A stretch of DNA of 64,000 nt from Savitreella phatthalungensis (GCA_051599415.1 AP039689.1:434001-498000); one strand, 5' to 3'; numbered from the stretch's first letter, positions 12,512 to 25,435 are shown. Notes: generated from the sequence alone by a model not told the origin. Numbers and translations: made by a program.

Positions 12512-13378
12512 GCGTACGTCTAGCTAGCTATGAATTCAGCAGTATCACATGTCATTTGATCGCACATCCTGAAACTGTCATCAGTTTTATAGCGAGGATA
12601 TATTTTGACTTAAATTTCCATTTGAGTAGCCAATCTGAACTCGGAGATTTCTAGCAATAGAACATCTATGTGCTCAGCTTCCACTGTGATCGTCAGGCGC
12701 CGCAGCATCTGACATCTGGGCACATGCTCAGTGGTAGAGAAAAAGCAGTAGACGGAAGAGACGTCAATTAATCATCAAACACGATATATCTGCCTGCATT
12801 CCTTACGGACAGTGCAGTCTCTTTTAATAGCGCTGGCCCTGCCATTGTGACGAAATAGATGATAGATTGTCAGGCGTCAGGCGGCAGGCGGTAGGCGGCA
12901 AGCAGCAGGCTTTTGCAGGGCGGGGGAATTGAGCTTAAGGATTTCATCCAATCACCTTTTGATTCTAACAAAAAGTAACCCATTTTCAAATCTGATCACA
13001 TATTTTTAAAAGACAGTACAGAATCACTACAACGATTCGCGGCTCTGGATCTGGCAAAGTAGCTGGCTACCAATACTGAGAAGTGCTGCATCTCTCAAAT
13101 GGACGTTGACATCCAGTAGCAGCATCACTAGATATCGATCTAGATCCATTTAGACTAGCCAGCGGACACATACGTTCACTCACTCGATCACTCACTCACT
13201 TCTGCACTGATTCTTTAGTCCAGTCACTCAGTGCGTCCCACATTCACAGTCTTCTTCTGTTGATTCATCTGGTCAAGACTCTCGTAGTCGCTAGCAATCG
13301 GGCGAAGACAGTCCTGGAAAAGCGGGATCACAGATCTCAACTTGCTGTCTTCCCACGTCTTCTAGAGTACCTGCCAGC

Positions 13379-14641
13379 ATGGTCGCCAAAGATGCGGTCG
13401 TCCGGCCAGCACCAGCTACAGCAGAAACAGACGACACTTCACAAGAAACATCTACAGGATCTGCAGCCAAGGCTTCATCAACGGCTCTCGATACAGATGG
13501 CGTTCGCAGGACTGCGGCTGGCACGGCCAAAGCGACTGGACTGAATACAGACAATCTGCATGAGAGTTCGCCTCCAAAGCTCACCTCGACTCGTCCGTCC
13601 CGTCATGCCTGGCGCGTCACAGGCAGCGAACGGCGTGCACCCCGCCACTTCGCACCTCTTCGTCTCCCGCTCCGGCGACGATTGCAAACCTTCAGCGTCC
13701 TCTATCACACCGTCTCCATTGCCTTCTGGCTGTCCGTCTTCTTGCTCGTGTGCGGCCTATCGCCACTTCTGTGGCCTGCTCTCTTTGTCTACTTCATCTG
13801 GATGATGCTCGATCCAGCTCCGGAGAACGGAAGACCGCGGAGATTCGAATTTATGCGGCACCTCAAGCTGTGGCGCTGGTATTGCGAGTACTTCCCCCTC
13901 CGCCTTCACAAGACGCATGACCTCGATGCCAGCCGAAAGTACATCTTTGGCTATCATCCACACGGCATTATTTCCCTTGGTGCTATGGGTGCGATTGCTT
14001 CGTCAGCAGCAGGCTGGGACGAGCTGTTCCCAGGCATCCATACCACGCTCCTCACTCTCGCTTCAAACTTCCAGATCCCTTTCTACCGCGACTATGCCAT
14101 GTCGATCGGCCTTGCGTCGGTTTCCCGGCGTTCATGTCAAAATTTGCTTCGCCGAGGGCCTGGTAGGGCGATTGCGATCGTGGTCGGTGGAGCTCAGGAG
14201 AGCCTGCTGTCAAGACCTTACCACAACAACCTTGTCCTTCGCAAACGGCTTGGCATGTTCAAGATTGCGCTCAGGGAAGGTGCAGATCTAGTCCCTGTAT
14301 ACGCTTTCGGTGAAAACGACGTCTATCTACAGGTCGACAACACCCCGGGATCCTGGCTTTACACCTTCCAGCAGTTGTTCAAGAAGGTGGCAGGTTTCAC
14401 GCTGCCGATGTTCCACGCTCGCGGGGTGCTCAACTACGATTTTGGCCTGATGCCATACAGGCGTCCGATCGATGTCGTCGTCGGAGCGCCTATACGCGTG
14501 GATCAGAAGGTCGACGACCCGACGGAAGAACAAGCCCTTGAGCTTCAAGCACGGTATATCGAGGAATTGCAGAAGATCTGGAATGATTTCAAGGACGATT
14601 TCGCGCCTGACCGCATCTCCGATCTCGAGTTCGTCGAGTAA
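13379..14641 (+). CDS. DGA1: Diacylglycerol O-acyltransferase (DGAT2 family)
   Basis: PLRRRLQT, YFP, GYHPHG, VVGGAQE and LVPVYAFGEND motifs. Confidence 0.93.
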   Translation: MVAKDAVVRPAPATAETDDTSQETSTGSAAKASSTALDTDGVRRTAAGTAKATGLNTDNLHESSPPKLTSTRPSRHAWRVTGSERRAPRHFAPLRLPLRRRLQTFSVLYHTVSIAFWLSVFLLVCGLSPLLWPALFVYFIWMMLDPAPENGRPRRFEFMRHLKLWRWYCEYFPLRLHKTHDLDASRKYIFGYHPHGIISLGAMGAIASSAAGWDELFPGIHTTLLTLASNFQIPFYRDYAMSIGLASVSRRSCQNLLRRGPGRAIAIVVGGAQESLLSRPYHNNLVLRKRLGMFKIALREGADLVPVYAFGENDVYLQVDNTPGSWLYTFQQLFKKVAGFTLPMFHARGVLNYDFGLMPYRRPIDVVVGAPIRVDQKVDDPTEEQALELQARYIEELQKIWNDFKDDFAPDRISDLEFVE

Positions 14642-15542
14642 GAGATCTACCGACCGCTCCCGATATCCTGCTCTTTCTCGACTCAGGCCGAGCGGTCATT
14701 CTGCACATACATAGACAATACCCTCTGCAAACCACTCTGTCCAAATTATCTGTCTCGAAAGTGAAGTTCATGCGAGGACGTAATTTCAATCGATCGTTCT
14801 AGACTGCTACCGCATGTTTGCTGCTGCTTGCCAAAGGCCATTCCCTCATGATTGATCAGGGCTTGCCGCCGCGCACTGCCGGCTTTGCAGAGCCGTCAGG
14901 ATGATCAGCCGTCTGGGCTTGGTAGAGGTAATATCCCAGGCCCAAGGCGACGGCAGAGGTCAAGCCTACCGTCATCACCATGTTCGAGCTCTTCCTGCCG
15001 TATTCTTTTTGTCACCACCGTTAGTCTATTGCTTTCCAAGCCGCTCTGGGAGGCGGTGCCTATGCGAAGTCACTTACGATTTGCGGTTGATCCGTAAGAA
15101 TCGAATCCCACTTTCCCCTCAGTTCCTCGCATCACGCGGGCTGTCGAGAATGAGAATCGCCCTGCGGATGCTGCTGAGCGAGAGGCCATGAATTTCAATG
15201 TCGGCAACGTCATCTTTGTCTGGTAGGAAGGAAAGCTTAGCACACGCTCTGACTTTTCAAGTAGACGGAGTATCGTGCACGACCGTCATGATGCTTGCAG
15301 ACGACACGCGAATCATGGATTAATCGCGAATCAAATCTCCAGATCGATGACGTCTTTACTCGACCAATAAGATTGCATACGAACAAAGCTCACTCCGAAA
15401 AGGAATTCAGTCAACAGTTCGTGTAATGTTGGTGAGAATCCAAGGTAAACATACACAGATGCTATTTAGTACCTATATGACACAGAGGCGATGCACTTTG
15501 CATGTCCAAGCGCTCAGTTGGTGTGTGCTGTCTGTCGAATAG

Positions 15543-18029
15543 CTACAGCATCACTAGACCGTTGAAGGTCGACCGTAATTCTTGCCAATCGACCGATTTG
15601 ACGCTGCCGCCACGTTTGATCTCGTCCCGCTGAGCGCGGACGCTTGTCATGACGACGGCGGCCGCGCGCTTCCAGCTTGGTTCATTCGCGGCACATTTGT
15701 TGAGCAGGGAGCCGAGACCTTGACGGAGCGACAAATCCGGAGACGTGAGGGCTGCGAGAATCACAGCGGCAAGTGTGCCACGCCGTAGAGAGCCCTTCCT
15801 GTCCCGGACTGCTTTGTTGAAAATACGCGCAATGACGAGAGATGAAGTGTTCAGTGCCTCTTGGGGAACCACAGAACCTGGCATCAACACCTCGCACAGC
15901 AGACGCGTCATGTGGTAATTGCAGACGATCCAATGAGCTGTCGGCACGGCTCCGATCCAGCGGTTTAGGAAGATTTCGTCAATCTGCTCCTTCATCAGCT
16001 CGTCGACAATCTTTGGTCGATGTGCCCAAGCCTCCTCGACTTCGGCATAAATGCGTTGTAATTCTGCCTCAAAGACCTTACGGTCCGGTGAGGTGGGTGA
16101 AGTCGGCGATAAGGGGGAGGTCAAAGGCGCGAGCCCGCTTGCCAGCTTCGACAACTGAGCCTGCGCAGTCATGCATTTCAGTAGCACATGGAACATCGGG
16201 GAGATGACAGTGTGCTCTATTCGCTCGTCCTCCGTCTTTTTCACGAAAGGATACATATTGCCTTGGCCTGGAGTCGGCAACAGCTCGTGCTCGATTAGGT
16301 AGAGCATTACAGAGGACGTTCCGCCGAAGAAACCGCTGTTGATCGACAGGACGGCGTTGGCCCACGTAAGCCATATACCACCTTCGAAAATACGTCCGGC
16401 CTGGGCACGAGCCTCGACAGCGCGCATGGCTGGTGCAAAGTCGATTTGTTGCAGATTCTTCGCACGCGTCAGGTTCACAAAATAGCAAGTAGCGAGAGCT
16501 GCCGTGGACTGTCGCCACTTGGCGTCCTCGAGCTGCTCTATTAGCATCCTGGTCGCCACATCAGTATGCATCTCGGCTTGACCGAGTGCCTTCGTGCTGT
16601 CGACCGTCGGGTGATTCTGGACGTTGTAATGCAGATCAGTCGCTGCGTAGGCCAATACAGCGTGTAACATCGCAGCATCGTCTGAACACAGTGTCGTGAG
16701 TAGCTGTCTGAAGGGGTTATTAAACCCTCGGTCAGGATAATTGAGCTGTCCAGCAAGAACTGCAAAGAAATGCTTCATGTAGTGTTCATCTCCATCTTGA
16801 GCTTGCGGAAGCATTTTCAGGGTGGCAAGCACACTGGACGGCACTTGAGCATAGGCCTCAGCGCTCTCGTGAAGCTCATCGAAGGGGTCACTCAATGCAG
16901 ACGAAGCAGATGGCGAGCGACCGCCCGGAGAGCCGATAGGATGACCCTGATAATGGCCGAACGGCTCGAACGAGGGCGAGATTGCGCTGAGTTGACCCGG
17001 ACTCGAAATGGCTGAGGAAAAGCCTCCCCGAGAACTTCCTGGAGAGGTAGCATAAAGAGAAGCGCTAGGCAGAGACAAGAAATTGCTGCCTCCAATGCCT
17101 CCAGAAGTTGTGCCACTACCGTTGTGCTGATGACCACTATCGAGCCCGAAGGTATTGATGACGATCTGTGGTTTTTGAAGGGGTAGATCAGTGCGGGAGC
17201 TCGTATAGTCGCCGAGAGATGATCCGCCTGCGATACTTGGCGCGTATCCACCATTGCCAGATGGACCTCCGTATGAAGAGCCGTAGTTGGTCGACCATCC
17301 TGGTGATCTGCCGCCAGAGGGCGACGCTGACCCCGGGGCAGGTAAATTGATGCTGAAGTTCGGCGAGTGCGGAGGCGCATGGTGTCCGAGTCCCGAAGAA
17401 ACGTTGGAGCCGGCCACACCTGGGACATTCAGATTAGCTCCGAATGACGGACGCTGCGTCCCGAGAGAGGGTCGATGAGGATTGCTGTGACTCATGCTCG
17501 GTGTGCGAGAATGAATCACAGGAGGCGGCGGCGAGCTTGATGCATAACTGTTCGTATCGAGCAGCTCGTTGTCGATATCGAGCTCTTTGTTGGTCTCAAA
17601 GTAATTTGTGGTATACGTTTTGAATCTGATCGATGAGTTTGACAAAGACCGAGAACGCCTGTAAGCAGCGGGAGTCGATCTGTCATAGACATTGCAGCCT
17701 GCCACATCGGTATATGCCTCCATACGAGAGATTACTCGAGGCGTGTCATCCCGGAAGGTGATACGCGAGTGATATCCAGCGCATTTTAGACCTAGTCGAT
17801 TGCACGTGTGACAAGTAGGCCTGTTCTCATCACATTTGACCTTGCGCTCCCGACATGTCCAGCAGCCAGACTTAGTCCTCGGAGCTTTGCGTCCTCCAGA
17901 TGCTGCACGATCGCTAGTTGGCGTGATCGGTCTGCCCTGATCGCTGCGGTCGTCCCCGCTGTCTGAAATAGACGTCGTGGAGCCAGCTCTGTGAGAGGTC
18001 GTTGGGACTTGAAGCAAATCGTTGGACAT
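15543..18029 (-). CDS. Zn(II)2Cys6 transcription factor with C-terminal fungal TF domain
   Basis: GCWTCRERKVKCDENRPTCHTCNRLGLKC, a Ser/Gly-rich linker, and an NPFRQLL...LHAVLAYAA regulatory region. Confidence 0.9.
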   Translation of the reverse strand: MSNDLLQVPTTSHRAGSTTSISDSGDDRSDQGRPITPTSDRAASGGRKAPRTKSGCWTCRERKVKCDENRPTCHTCNRLGLKCAGYHSRITFRDDTPRVISRMEAYTDVAGCNVYDRSTPAAYRRSRSLSNSSIRFKTYTTNYFETNKELDIDNELLDTNSYASSSPPPPVIHSRTPSMSHSNPHRPSLGTQRPSFGANLNVPGVAGSNVSSGLGHHAPPHSPNFSINLPAPGSASPSGGRSPGWSTNYGSSYGGPSGNGGYAPSIAGGSSLGDYTSSRTDLPLQKPQIVINTFGLDSGHQHNGSGTTSGGIGGSNFLSLPSASLYATSPGSSRGGFSSAISSPGQLSAISPSFEPFGHYQGHPIGSPGGRSPSASSALSDPFDELHESAEAYAQVPSSVLATLKMLPQAQDGDEHYMKHFFAVLAGQLNYPDRGFNNPFRQLLTTLCSDDAAMLHAVLAYAATDLHYNVQNHPTVDSTKALGQAEMHTDVATRMLIEQLEDAKWRQSTAALATCYFVNLTRAKNLQQIDFAPAMRAVEARAQAGRIFEGGIWLTWANAVLSINSGFFGGTSSVMLYLIEHELLPTPGQGNMYPFVKKTEDERIEHTVISPMFHVLLKCMTAQAQLSKLASGLAPLTSPLSPTSPTSPDRKVFEAELQRIYAEVEEAWAHRPKIVDELMKEQIDEIFLNRWIGAVPTAHWIVCNYHMTRLLCEVLMPGSVVPQEALNTSSLVIARIFNKAVRDRKGSLRRGTLAAVILAALTSPDLSLRQGLGSLLNKCAANEPSWKRAAAVVMTSVRAQRDEIKRGGSVKSVDWQELRSTFNGLVML

Positions 18030-20598
18030 GTCTGCTCAAACTTGCGCAGTAGTATGAGAAGAGTCAGGATGTAGGACACTTCCGCGAGGACCGAAAGATC
18101 GGCGAGGCGGTATTGTCGCGCTGGTCTCAAAACACGCGAGTCTTTCGGAACGTGTCGATTCCAAAACCGGTGTAAACAACAACTCGATTGAGGTGAAACC
18201 TAGTGGTCGGCTGTGCTTGCGCGATTGCGACAAGCGATGACTGACGATCGCTGACGTGAGCGATGTATGATGTATCTCCAGACTAATGGGATTTAGGCTG
18301 GATGTGCGCGTGGCAAAGACTTCGCGATGCGGCGCGCCGAGGAACGAGCCACGATGTTGTCAGCGATGTCTGCGACTGTCCGTCGTTTAGCGTATAGCCG
18401 ATCCGAGAGCGCGTGGCGTCACAAGCGCGATGAGACTTCGACTGCTTGAGGGTCGGATCTTATCGGCACTTTGAATTTGTCCGAGACTCCGAGCACACCC
18501 TCGAAGCCTGTCTGGAAGAGAGTCGTTCCGGGTGACTGGGCAGAGTGATGTAAAGTGCAGTGCAGTCTGCGCGTGGTGAGACAATGCAGTGTATCTGCAG
18601 GTGATCGAGCCGGAAAAGCTATGTTCGGGCTGGATTTGACGTCGGCAAATACTTTCTAGGCCTCAACGCGCGTCTCTAGTCATGCCTTGGGTGCGACACT
18701 GCGCGCACTTTCACAACCAAGTGTGCTTGTGGCGAGGCTAAGCTCTCAAGGCGAGAACGACAATCTATGTATGTATGCGACAGCTCGGCGCTTCTTCGAA
18801 CGCGGTCAAACTGGACTCCAGATCTTCTCAGGGGACCCCTAGCAATTGAAGGTGGAGCCAGAGATGCGGTTCGAGGGACGCTAGAGACAAGGACAGGTGA
18901 AACTGGTCCAAATGAGCGAGCACCTTCACAAAGTTCTGCAGGCCAAGGATACCTGAGGCAGCGTAAGCCCAAGCGTCCGAAGCAATTTCATTGCCTTAGC
19001 CACTAGCCCGAACGGTCAAATCGTTCACGATTGAATAGCTGCTACAGCGAGATCTGATTTGACGACATTCTAATTTCTCTCATCTCTAGGACGTCTGGGA
19101 TATCTGCATATGTCAATGGCAATTCGGATCCACTCAAGCGCTGTCGTGCTTGCCAGCTTCCCGTCATACCGATAGCATTCAAGGAAGAAAGGTAGTGACG
19201 GTCGATCTAAGTACCCGGCTGGACGACAAACCTGAACATTCCGGCAGAGGTAGCAGCTCTGAGAAGCGATTGGAAGTGGTCAAACCGGAATTGACTGCGG
19301 ACGTGTCTCTTACGGCTCCCACCGCATAGTCTCGTCTAATCCTCTTAGTCTCGGTGCCATGGCATTCAGTACGGCCACGTACCGAGCAATCTAGCTCAGG
19401 ATACTGAGCACTTCCAGAGAGCCAATATTCTAGTGGCCCTCGTGCTGGTTGGGCAGGTCTAGTATGCTGTGCTTCATCTCTGTAGATGGAGCTAGCTTAT
19501 TTTGAGGAATTTTCACCCTTGTCCAGATACAGTCATTGGAGGAGTTCTGCTGCGCCTCGTCGCCTTAGATTCCTCGACTCGCCAATTTAGCTTTGACTTT
19601 TAGTGCGGACTTGATTTAAGCTCATCCGCATGTACAATTTCACCCGACTGCGAAGCACACAGAGCAAACAGAGCAGACGACGAATCACCCGCTCGGCTCA
19701 AAGTGAATCACGCGCAAATCTACAGACTCTAGATCCAGAGCACGGTTGATCGCTAGGCCTATGCCGACACTACGTAAATGCAAGTCAGTCGGAGTTCATA
19801 TGCACAGTCAACTCCATATGCTCGAGGTTCGGCTAGAGAAATAGGAGAATTGCAATCGGTGTAGGTCTTAGTCCGGGCTCCTATGTTTGTCGACATTGCA
19901 TACGTACGGGTCTGACTAACCAGTTTCGTGTCCAACTAAACCAGTTCATTTCAGCCGCTTTAGCAGCGACGCCTGCAACAAACTACTTTGGGTCAGGGGG
20001 TGCGATGGGTCTTGCCAGACTGTAAGTCTGCTCTGCAAAGTCGGGACGCATTGAATGAATGATCGAGAATAGAACTGCAAGCGAAAACGTCCCTTGACCC
20101 GATAGCTGTTTCGCTTCAACATCACACCAGCAACATGCTGGGAAAGCGAATGACGACATCGTGAATTCAGATAGCTCGTGCATACTTGTACATTTTGGCT
20201 TTCGCTCATGCTGATGATGCAGCTAGCTATTGTGAGCTTACAATGGGCTTTGAGCAATTGACTGTCCAGGCGAAATCTCTGATAGCATGCTTGATTTTGA
20301 CAACGAGCCCGACTTTGTTGTGAGATTAGTCCCCATCTTGTGGAATTAACGACTGCCAGCGCGAATGGGTCTTACGTTTGATGTCTATGTGTGGTCCGGC
20401 TTCTTCTGACAGAAAGACTATGTAACCCATGAGAGATGACTCATACAGCCTCACCCAGCTAAACAGCCGAGCTTTCCAACAACAGAAACACTGACTGGTG
20501 TTGTGTCGGCAATAACCGTGTCTTCTGGCATAACATCGGCGGCGCACTGCTAATAGAAGAGGCTGGCGAGATGAAGCATACGTCAGCCGGCGTAGGAT

Positions 20599-21260
20599 CT
20601 AGAGCTCTTTTTTCGTTTCCGCATCACGACGCGACTCTGCATTAGATGCACGACCAAAAACGGTCTCTTCCAGCTTGTCGAAAACAGTGTCGACAACGGA
20701 TTCGACTGGGTGGTCGAATAGGTATGGCAATGCTGGCACGACGGACAAGCCCAAACCTGTAGGGCCCCACGTCTTAAGCTTTGGATTTTTGACATTGGTG
20801 AATAGGCGGTCGCTCTGCTTGACAACCGTATGAATGGTAAATGCGGGCAGAGCCATGGTGGCAATGGCCTGAAAGACGGATCTGCGCGCGGCCAGTAAGC
20901 CTACACTGGTGTTGTCTTCACCCCTGATCACTTTCGCTTTGTAACCTTCGTATCCAACATCACCAGCCAGATAGAGCCAAGATATGGCATAGCCGGCGGT
21001 CACAACTTTTGACGAGACCACCGGCCGGAAGGATTCGCCAATATCAGATGTATACCCAACATAACGCAGGTTTTTGAGGAAAAGTGCCTTTGTCCGTGAA
21101 AGATAACCAAGGTCTGCTGGTCAGTTTCTTCTCTTCAGACATATGGATACGACATCTTACATCTCAGGGATGTATCAGTGCTATCCACTTGTCCATCTGC
21201 GACTCGCTCGACGACGTCCTCAGCCGCCTCTTTGACTTTCTCAATCGGTCCGGACGACAT
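20599..21260 (-). CDS. MTFP1: Mitochondrial fission process protein 1 (MTP18/MTFP1); exons 21260-21161 and 21113-20599
   Basis: Intron 21114-21160 (GTAAGA...AACTGAC...CAG) joins DSTDTSLRY-LGYLSR to RYVGYTSDIGESFRP, FQAIATMALPAFTIH and LPYLFDHPVE. Confidence 0.88.
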
Positions 21261-22116
21261 AGTGTTAGGATGCGCTTGGATTGGCGTTTGAGGGGGGCCG
21301 GCGAGACGATAGTTAAACAATAGGTTCGTCTTTGCTGAGCTGGGAGCGCCGCAAAGAATACCTGCACTTTCTCCTTACAGGACCGCTCAAATGTTCCGCT
21401 TCAGAGTAGACCTTCTACTTGGTTGCTTTGTTCCGTCAAGATACCCGTCCGGAGAAGATGCGCGTGTGCCAGCACCAATATACCACCACGATTTGGAACA
21501 AGATCGAGTGCAACGTGAACCAGAACGTCATTTTGAAGTCCGCCACGAGTCACATGCCGGCTGTGTGGATCGAGGCTGTGCAATTTCATATTCTCATGTC
21601 TGGACTGAAATCGGTCTAACTGAACCAGACATGTCTACGAAAGGGTGCCAATCCCTACAGCCTGTATATAGTCAATTATAAATTCACTCAGAGAGCTCTG
21701 CTGATTTCCAAGATAGTTCGAGTCCACTTGTATGTATAGCCTTATTGCAGGTCAAGTGCATATAGCTTTGGTTGAATTAGAAGGGAATTTGATAGTATTT
21801 ACTGTGTAACTTAACTTTGGTTATTGAATTCCTGACGCAGCACTGTAAATTCATGCGTGAATTTGCCGACCACGATCATCATCATTCTGCTGACGATGTT
21901 GATTGCGGGGGCACTGTATACACTCATATATTGGATCCTTCTTGCATTTCTTGCAAATCCACCTAGCTAGACGATCAATGACAACATCCAGTCCTGTACA
22001 TCTGATCGATACAGAAGAACGGACAGGCCCGACGATCTGATCTCAGGTGATCCAGTCGCAGAACTCAATCGTCAGAGTAGGCTTCCTGCCGCTCACTGCT
22101 CCACAGCTGTTCACGC

Positions 22117-22362
22117 ATGGCAAAATCCGGCATACAGAAGGAAGTCTTATCTCTCTACAGAGCGTCCCTGCGAGCGATTCGTCGGAAACCAGAAGATACT
22201 CATCACCACTGGTACTTGTTCGTGCGCGAGCAGTATGATGCGCATCGGACGCTACGAAAAAAGGATTTTGCGACGATAGAGTATCATCTCCGGATGGGTT
22301 GGCGGAAATTGGACATGTACGGAGCCGATGGTGTACGAGATATTCATGTCGACAGCACATAG
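22117..22362 (+). CDS. SDH6: Succinate dehydrogenase assembly factor 1 (LYR protein)
   Basis: SGIQKEVLSLYR (LYR motif) and KKDFATIEYHLRMG. Confidence 0.85.
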   Translation: MAKSGIQKEVLSLYRASLRAIRRKPEDTHHHWYLFVREQYDAHRTLRKKDFATIEYHLRMGWRKLDMYGADGVRDIHVDST

Positions 22363-22501
22363 CCTCACTTTGGCAAAATCGCCATTGTACGACAGTCAAT
22401 GTACGGTGTAAATATGGAGACCACACGGACTATCACAGCGCAATGAGAACATGCTAAGCCGTGGAGCAACATGCATGAGATTACGTAATTGTACGCGTCT
22501 T

Positions 22502-24556
22502 TCAAGTATGATGACTGCGCTCAGTGGAACAGCATGATGCCTTGGCCGCTGTTGGGACGTGAAGCGTTGATTTGTTGTATGCTTGGTTGCTGCGAGGAGC
22601 GTCGATGGCAGGGTTCTGCGAGAAAAATCCTGAAGGCTTGAGGGATATCTGAGTAATCTCGCAAGGCATGACAGGGAAATCTTCAGGTCGTGGATTGTGC
22701 GTCAGGCCAAAGACATACCATAGGACGATGTCTTGACCTTCAGTATCTTGTTCGCGCTCTATCCATCGACCCAAGTCATCCGAAGTATCGCCGCGGGATT
22801 GATTCGTGAATTCGCCCGCCGGATATAGCTCATCGTCATTGTGGCGAGTCACCCACAGAGCGTGCTTCGCGAAATTCGCTCGTTTCCAGTTATACGACCG
22901 TGGTTTCATGAGAAGCATTTGAGAAGACGGCCCGTGTATCTTGTACGCGACCGGCTTGCCAGATATCGGGTTCAGCACCGACGCATTTTGAACTTTGAAG
23001 ACCCGGCCCACTTCCGGCGCATTGTCCACAAAGCCCTCCCGAATGATCCTGGTCTCCTGTGCAGTATAACCGATACCGAACGGATTGAGCATATCGTCTA
23101 TTGGTAGTGCGACTGAATCTTCATATGTCGCCGTGTTGCAATGACCGTCAATCGCAGGGTCGATGCGCAAGCAGAATATATGCTGGTGATACGGGGCAGC
23201 CACTCCAGGCCCGACCCGGGTGGCCCATGGTTGGGAGACGCCGTCGGCGATCGGAGTCGTGGCAAGAATACCTGTTGCCCGCGTTTCAATATGAATAGCG
23301 CCGGCCAAATCGAGAACGAAAGCGAGCTCGTACTCGTAGTTGGCTACTGTCGCCACACACTGTAGCCGAAGCTCACGATTCCGCACGATACTTGCCGTGT
23401 CTGTGCGATAGTTTGTATGCTTCCACAGAGTACCGTTGTCCTGCTCGTGTATACAAACGACATTGCGGGCGTGAATCGGCTCACCACGCCCATCGATCAT
23501 GTCTGCGGACAAGTAGGCGATTGTACCCAGACAGTCACATCCCAGCGCCAATCGATTGGCGCTAAGGCCAAAGCCACAGTCGCCTAGATCGAAAGCTTGC
23601 CGGCGCGAGTTTGGCGCTCGTGGATCTCCGTATGGTACCGTCATCTCAGCGAGAGAGATCCTGTAGAAAGTGTCACGACCGTCATAGCGGACATTGTGTA
23701 AAACAGGGCCCTCTCGTGCGTTGAAGGAGATGCGAAAGTCCCACTTCTGCCACTGTAGATGATGACCGTCCAGTTGAAATGATACCCCGTCAGGCTGGGA
23801 AATGTGTAGTGGCTTGAGCACGGGGCGCTTCGACATCAGGCCAGGTGGCAAAAGGTCTGCTGCATACTCGACAGGTTCACGAACCTGCCAGGGCTGAGAC
23901 TCTTGGACCGTCGTGTGGTCGCTCCCGGTGGCAACGCGGTCGATGCGCACAAGCATCTTTGTCCGGGCGTCAAACACCGGCGAGAAATCGAGTGGTAACG
24001 AATAGAAGTTTTGCTCTGGATGTTCGCCTTTCGTAACATACATGTATGCTTGCCAAAGCCACCTGTGACCTTCTTCTGTGTCATCTGTCCCATACATCCA
24101 AGGATCAACGATTACACGGTGCCCTGCCGGAAGCTGCAAGGCTTCGATCTCTTTTTGGACGGTTTGGTCGGCAAGCACGACCTTCTCGATATCGTTCATC
24201 TCGTCGACGTCGATTGGCGGGACCATGGACGGGAAAGTATCACATCGGATGACTGCCAGTTCAGTCAAACTCACGATGGCTTTGTGCACGAGTTGCTCAT
24301 TCCCTGCGAGGTAGATAGCAAAGGCTTCTCGCACAGGCGGGGCCGGACGCTCGCTTCCCGTCCTTTCAGCTTCGAGCCATGGCAAGAAAGAGGTCTTTGC
24401 AGGCTCCTTTAGGGTGACATTCTTGAAGTAGAGCCGCCTTGTAATGGAGCTATGATGCTTGCGAAGAATAGCGACCACGGTACGCATTTCCGCGGCAGAC
24501 AGTGGGTCCAACGGATGACCAGATTGGCCAATATGCGCTGGCTCAGGGGAATCCAT
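22502..24556 (-). CDS. Copper amine oxidase (TPQ-dependent); start probably MDSPEPAH at 24556, with upstream in-frame ATGs to 24685
   Basis: HPLDPLS, AFDLGD (catalytic Asp), LGCDCLG, TVANYEY (TPQ precursor), copper ligands HQH and THNPRPEDFPVMP. Confidence 0.95.
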   Translation of the reverse strand: MDSPEPAHIGQSGHPLDPLSAAEMRTVVAILRKHHSSITRRLYFKNVTLKEPAKTSFLPWLEAERTGSERPAPPVREAFAIYLAGNEQLVHKAIVSLTELAVIRCDTFPSMVPPIDVDEMNDIEKVVLADQTVQKEIEALQLPAGHRVIVDPWMYGTDDTEEGHRWLWQAYMYVTKGEHPEQNFYSLPLDFSPVFDARTKMLVRIDRVATGSDHTTVQESQPWQVREPVEYAADLLPPGLMSKRPVLKPLHISQPDGVSFQLDGHHLQWQKWDFRISFNAREGPVLHNVRYDGRDTFYRISLAEMTVPYGDPRAPNSRRQAFDLGDCGFGLSANRLALGCDCLGTIAYLSADMIDGRGEPIHARNVVCIHEQDNGTLWKHTNYRTDTASIVRNRELRLQCVATVANYEYELAFVLDLAGAIHIETRATGILATTPIADGVSQPWATRVGPGVAAPYHQHIFCLRIDPAIDGHCNTATYEDSVALPIDDMLNPFGIGYTAQETRIIREGFVDNAPEVGRVFKVQNASVLNPISGKPVAYKIHGPSSQMLLMKPRSYNWKRANFAKHALWVTRHNDDELYPAGEFTNQSRGDTSDDLGRWIEREQDTEGQDIVLWYVFGLTHNPRPEDFPVMPCEITQISLKPSGFFSQNPAIDAPRSNQAYNKSTLHVPTAAKASCCSTERSHHT

Positions 24557-25435
24557 GATTGAAGTCGTGGCTGGTACTGAAGATGCTTTGATAGTCAGCA
24601 GACTCGACCTTGCGCGACTTGTGTGACTGTAAGTTGGCGATTCAGACATAAGGTGACACGTATTCGAGACTGCAGCGACGGCCATGGTGAATGCCTATCA
24701 GAGACGTTTCGAGTCAACCCTGTGAAAGTCTATGGGCGGTGTGCTGCTTATATTCCGGTCCTTAATCGGATGTACTTGAGCATAGTGCATGAAGCGCCGG
24801 ACTGACGAATATGGGTCACTGCAACACGGACCACCGTGCCCTGGTGATGACAGCATTCCGACTAGGACATATCGCCGCCGGAGGGATGTACTGCACTGCA
24901 CTGCTCGAGCATAGAGCTGAAGCCAATAATCTGGCCAGTCTGACCAGCTCAGCGGACCCACCGATTTCCCTCGACGACTCGATACCAGTCGTGCCGTGCT
25001 TAGCGACCTGATCAATGATATGAGGTTGTGGGGAACATCCGGCAGATCTTATCTCTTGCCCAATCGGGAACCCTACGGTTGATCTCTAAAATCCAACTGA
25101 TCAATAGTTTAAATTATGAGGTTGCACGGATCACGGTATGGTGTGTGAGCGCGACTATGGCGTCCATAAGCTAGGTGACGCGATGTGACCCGGATGTATG
25201 CAGCACGTCAGCGATTCCTTGCAGATCAAACGTTGTCGCTAGAGAGGCTACTGACTGTTGGCTTCCCATCACGTACTGCTGTAGATTGTCCTCCGCTCGA
25301 ATCGCTTGTATGAAATAGCCCAGGACAAGGATACAAGTGCGATAGATTGTTTCTAATAGCGAGGCTGCTTGTGAAGGACACACGACAGGGTAGTCAAATT
25401 AGCGTTTTGAAACGTTTGTGTCGCGGTATCTTCAT

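Noticed and set aside
12726..12739. GCTCAGTGGTAGAG resembles a tRNA D-arm/A-box
   Set aside because: No downstream TTCRA T-loop, anticodon arm or acceptor-stem pairing.
21841..21970. Hydrophobic frame (LPTTIIIILLTMLIAGALYTLIYWILLAFL) after a CTGAC-GCAG signal
   Set aside because: I could not build an ATG-initiated upstream exon in phase. AT-rich DNA readily gives hydrophobic frames.
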